Assembly: GCA_025058835.1 (NCBI GenBank)
Contig: JANXEI010000001.1
Location: 42,311 to 106,310 of the forward strand
Length of the DNA: 64,000 bases
Origin: Acidilobaceae archaeon
GTDB lineage: Archaea > Thermoproteota > Thermoprotei_A > Sulfolobales > Acidilobaceae
Reading direction: 5' to 3'
Below are positions 62,069-64,000 of this stretch, one piece after another (the first letter of the stretch is position 1; each line of letters opens with the position of its first letter). Position numbers and translations under genes: made by a program. Below the pieces are notes generated by a model. It was not told where the DNA came from, ran no database searches, and was given only the letters and a program-made list of their open reading frames with translations.

Positions 62069-62777
62069 GTTGTTGAGAGTAGAGTCTCTTAACGTGGGCT
62101 ATGGGAAGTTCCACATAATCTTCGACGTAAGCTTCGAGGTCAAGGAGAGGACCATATTTACAATAGTGGGGCCTAACGGTGGGGGCAAGAGCACCCTCCT
62201 TAACGGCATAATGGGGATAGCTACAGTGTTCTCAGGCCGCGTGCTCTACAAGGGACAAGACATAACTCGCGTCCCCCCTCATGAGAAGTCGAAGTACGGC
62301 ATAGGCTACACTCCCCAGACCGACAATATCTTCCCAGGCCTCACCGTTATGGAGAACCTCATGATGGCCGCATATGGCCTGGGGGAGAGCATGGCTAGGG
62401 ACAGGATCGAGAAGGTGTTGGCTTATTACCCAGCGCTCAGGAGGAGGATAGACGCGAAGGCCAGGAACCTCAGCGGCGGGGAGAGGCAGATGCTGGCAAT
62501 AAGCATGAACCTGATGAGGGATCCGGAGTTCATAATCCTGGACGAGCCCACCTCCGGCCTCGCGCCCATAATAGCGAAGGACTTGCTCAAGAGGATCGTG
62601 GGAATGAGGGACGAGCTGAAGAAGACCATCCTGCTCGTGGAGCAGAACGCCAAGGCAGCCCTAGAGGTCAGCGACGATGCCATGCTCCTCGTGAGCGGGA
62701 GGAGCGAGTTCATAGGGAAGGCTCAGGCGCTCCTGAAGGACGAGGAGCTCGGCAGGAAGTACCTGGGGGTGAAGTGA
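62061..62777 (+). CDS. livF: Branched-chain amino acid ABC transporter ATP-binding protein (LivF type)
   Basis: GPNGGGKST, LSGGERQMLA and ILDEPTSG motifs. Confidence 0.85.
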   Translation: MIELLRVESLNVGYGKFHIIFDVSFEVKERTIFTIVGPNGGGKSTLLNGIMGIATVFSGRVLYKGQDITRVPPHEKSKYGIGYTPQTDNIFPGLTVMENLMMAAYGLGESMARDRIEKVLAYYPALRRRIDAKARNLSGGERQMLAISMNLMRDPEFIILDEPTSGLAPIIAKDLLKRIVGMRDELKKTILLVEQNAKAALEVSDDAMLLVSGRSEFIGKAQALLKDEELGRKYLGVK

Positions 62778-62778
62778 C

Positions 62779-63765
62779 TTGGTCCTCCCCAGCCTAGAGT
62801 TCCTGCTCTCCAGCGCTGCAGCAGGCGCTGCGCTAGCCCTCCTCAGCATGGGAATAACTCTCACCTACATGACCACCAGGGTCTCCAACTTTGCCCACGC
62901 CACTATGGCAATAATCGGAGCTGTGACCACCCTGCTGCTCCTCGACAGGTTCTTTGCCGGCCTTCGGGACTCTCCCCTCTACTACACCCTCTTCCTCGTC
63001 TCCCCGCTCCTTGCTGCCGTCGTAACTGGCGCCGTGGCCGTGATCATGTACGTTACGACCATAAGGCCTCTCATAAAGAAGGGCACAGGCCTCATAGGCC
63101 TCATGATAGCCACCCTCGCCTTCGACATAATCCTGAACAACCTCCTCACCCTCTTCCTGCAACTCACCCCAGCCCAAACTGTGGGCAGGTTGCTAGAGGC
63201 CAACGTGAAGGGGTATCTTGTGCCCGTGAGCATCCCACTCGTTGGCTACATGTACCCCCACAGGCTGTTCCTCCCCATCTTAGCCCTGCTAGTTGGCATA
63301 GGCCTTCACCTCTTCCTCACCAGGACTCAGTTCGGCATCTCGATGAGGGCCTCTATCGAGAACCCGCAACTAGCCCGGATCATAGGGATCAACGTTGAGC
63401 GCGTTTACCTCGTCTCCTGGTTCCTCTCAGGAGCTACTGCAGGGATGGCAGGCAGCTTGCTTGCCTTCGAGATGCCTGGCATAAGCCCCGCAGCAGCTTA
63501 CCTCTACATAGTTAGCATCTTTGCCGGCAGCATAGTCGGGGGGCTCAACAGCATTTACGGGGCGTTGGCAGGAGGCTTCCTGGTGGGGAGCATGGAGGCA
63601 ATAGTGCCCGTCTTCATAAGCGATGTGTACCAACTCGTGACGGGAGAGTACATAGACCTCCTCAGATATCAGAGGATGTTCAGCTTCCTCCTCCTCATCT
63701 TAGTGCTGCTCGTGGCCCCAGAGGGCCTTGCAGGTATAAAGTGGAGGGGGATCAGGCGTGGTTGA
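62779..63765 (+). CDS. livH: Branched-chain amino acid ABC transporter permease (LivH type)
   Basis: 328-aa polytopic protein with NFAHATMAIIGA and a C-terminal LLVAPEGLAG. Confidence 0.8.
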   Translation: MVLPSLEFLLSSAAAGAALALLSMGITLTYMTTRVSNFAHATMAIIGAVTTLLLLDRFFAGLRDSPLYYTLFLVSPLLAAVVTGAVAVIMYVTTIRPLIKKGTGLIGLMIATLAFDIILNNLLTLFLQLTPAQTVGRLLEANVKGYLVPVSIPLVGYMYPHRLFLPILALLVGIGLHLFLTRTQFGISMRASIENPQLARIIGINVERVYLVSWFLSGATAGMAGSLLAFEMPGISPAAAYLYIVSIFAGSIVGGLNSIYGALAGGFLVGSMEAIVPVFISDVYQLVTGEYIDLLRYQRMFSFLLLILVLLVAPEGLAGIKWRGIRRG

Positions 63766-64000
63766 GCTCTCAGCCCTCATGATAGAGTTAGGCAACATAA
63801 TTACGTTCGTGATGGTGGTCCTAGCGCTGAACCTCATGGCAGGCTTCGCCGGAATACCGAACTTCGGCATGGCAGTGTTTGTGTACACAGGGGCCTTCGT
63901 GGTGGGGGCGCTCAGCGTTAGGTTCGCGCTCCTCCTGTTGGCAGTGCTAGATCCAGCTACCCTAGAGGCACTCTTGAACAAGCCCTCCTACAAGCCCTAC
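63758..64000 (+). CDS. livM: Branched-chain amino acid ABC transporter permease (LivM type), 5' fragment running off the window
   Basis: GTG at 63758 overlaps the livH stop. Hand translation gives VVELSALMIELGNIITFVMVVLALNLMAGFAGIPNFGMAVFVYTGAF..., which is open to the window end. It is not in the ORF track. Confidence 0.7.
   Translation, partial: MVELSALMIELGNIITFVMVVLALNLMAGFAGIPNFGMAVFVYTGAFVVGALSVRFALLLLAVLDPATLEALLNKPSYKPY

Overview
This is a 64-kb, gene-dense segment of a GC-rich chromosome that looks like a hyperthermophilic crenarchaeon. The markers are reverse gyrase, Alba, Orc1/Cdc6, Mre11-Rad50, a NurA-HerA pair, PdxS/PdxT, split MetE-like genes, SRP54, mannosylglycerate (MpgS/MpgP) and inositol-phosphate synthase genes, two Liv-type ABC transporter operons, and seven tRNA genes, three of them with introns. 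Most of the window is housekeeping, with frequent 4-nt start/stop overlaps. Many ORFs in the supplied track are antisense or out-of-frame shadows caused by high G+C, and I did not annotate them. I added several features the track lacks: a 55-codon tatA, seven tRNAs read by hand, an open-ended livM at the right edge, and corrected starts for several genes. The most interesting observations are these. (1) A threonine-synthase-like protein has its PLP lysine replaced (NPTGSYADR), is fused to a C-terminal winged-helix-like tail, and sits directly upstream of pdxS-pdxT. It is a candidate vitamin-B6-sensing regulator. (2) A cluster of PadR-like and wHTH regulators is followed by three paralogous secreted proteins with TasA/camelysin-like N-termini. 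Three of its promoters share an exact TTTATAAA-N5-GTAGCA architecture. (3) An AT-richer insertion next to tRNA-Val carries a 1053-aa nuclease-methyltransferase (type IIG-like) fusion, and a second 982-aa enzyme of the same architecture sits in native-GC DNA. (4) A Liv-type substrate-binding protein appears to be circularly permuted. (5) mre11-rad50 is translationally coupled to an MFS transporter gene where herA normally sits, and nurA-herA lies about 8 kb away. All functional calls come from motif recognition by eye. No database search or numerical computation was run.
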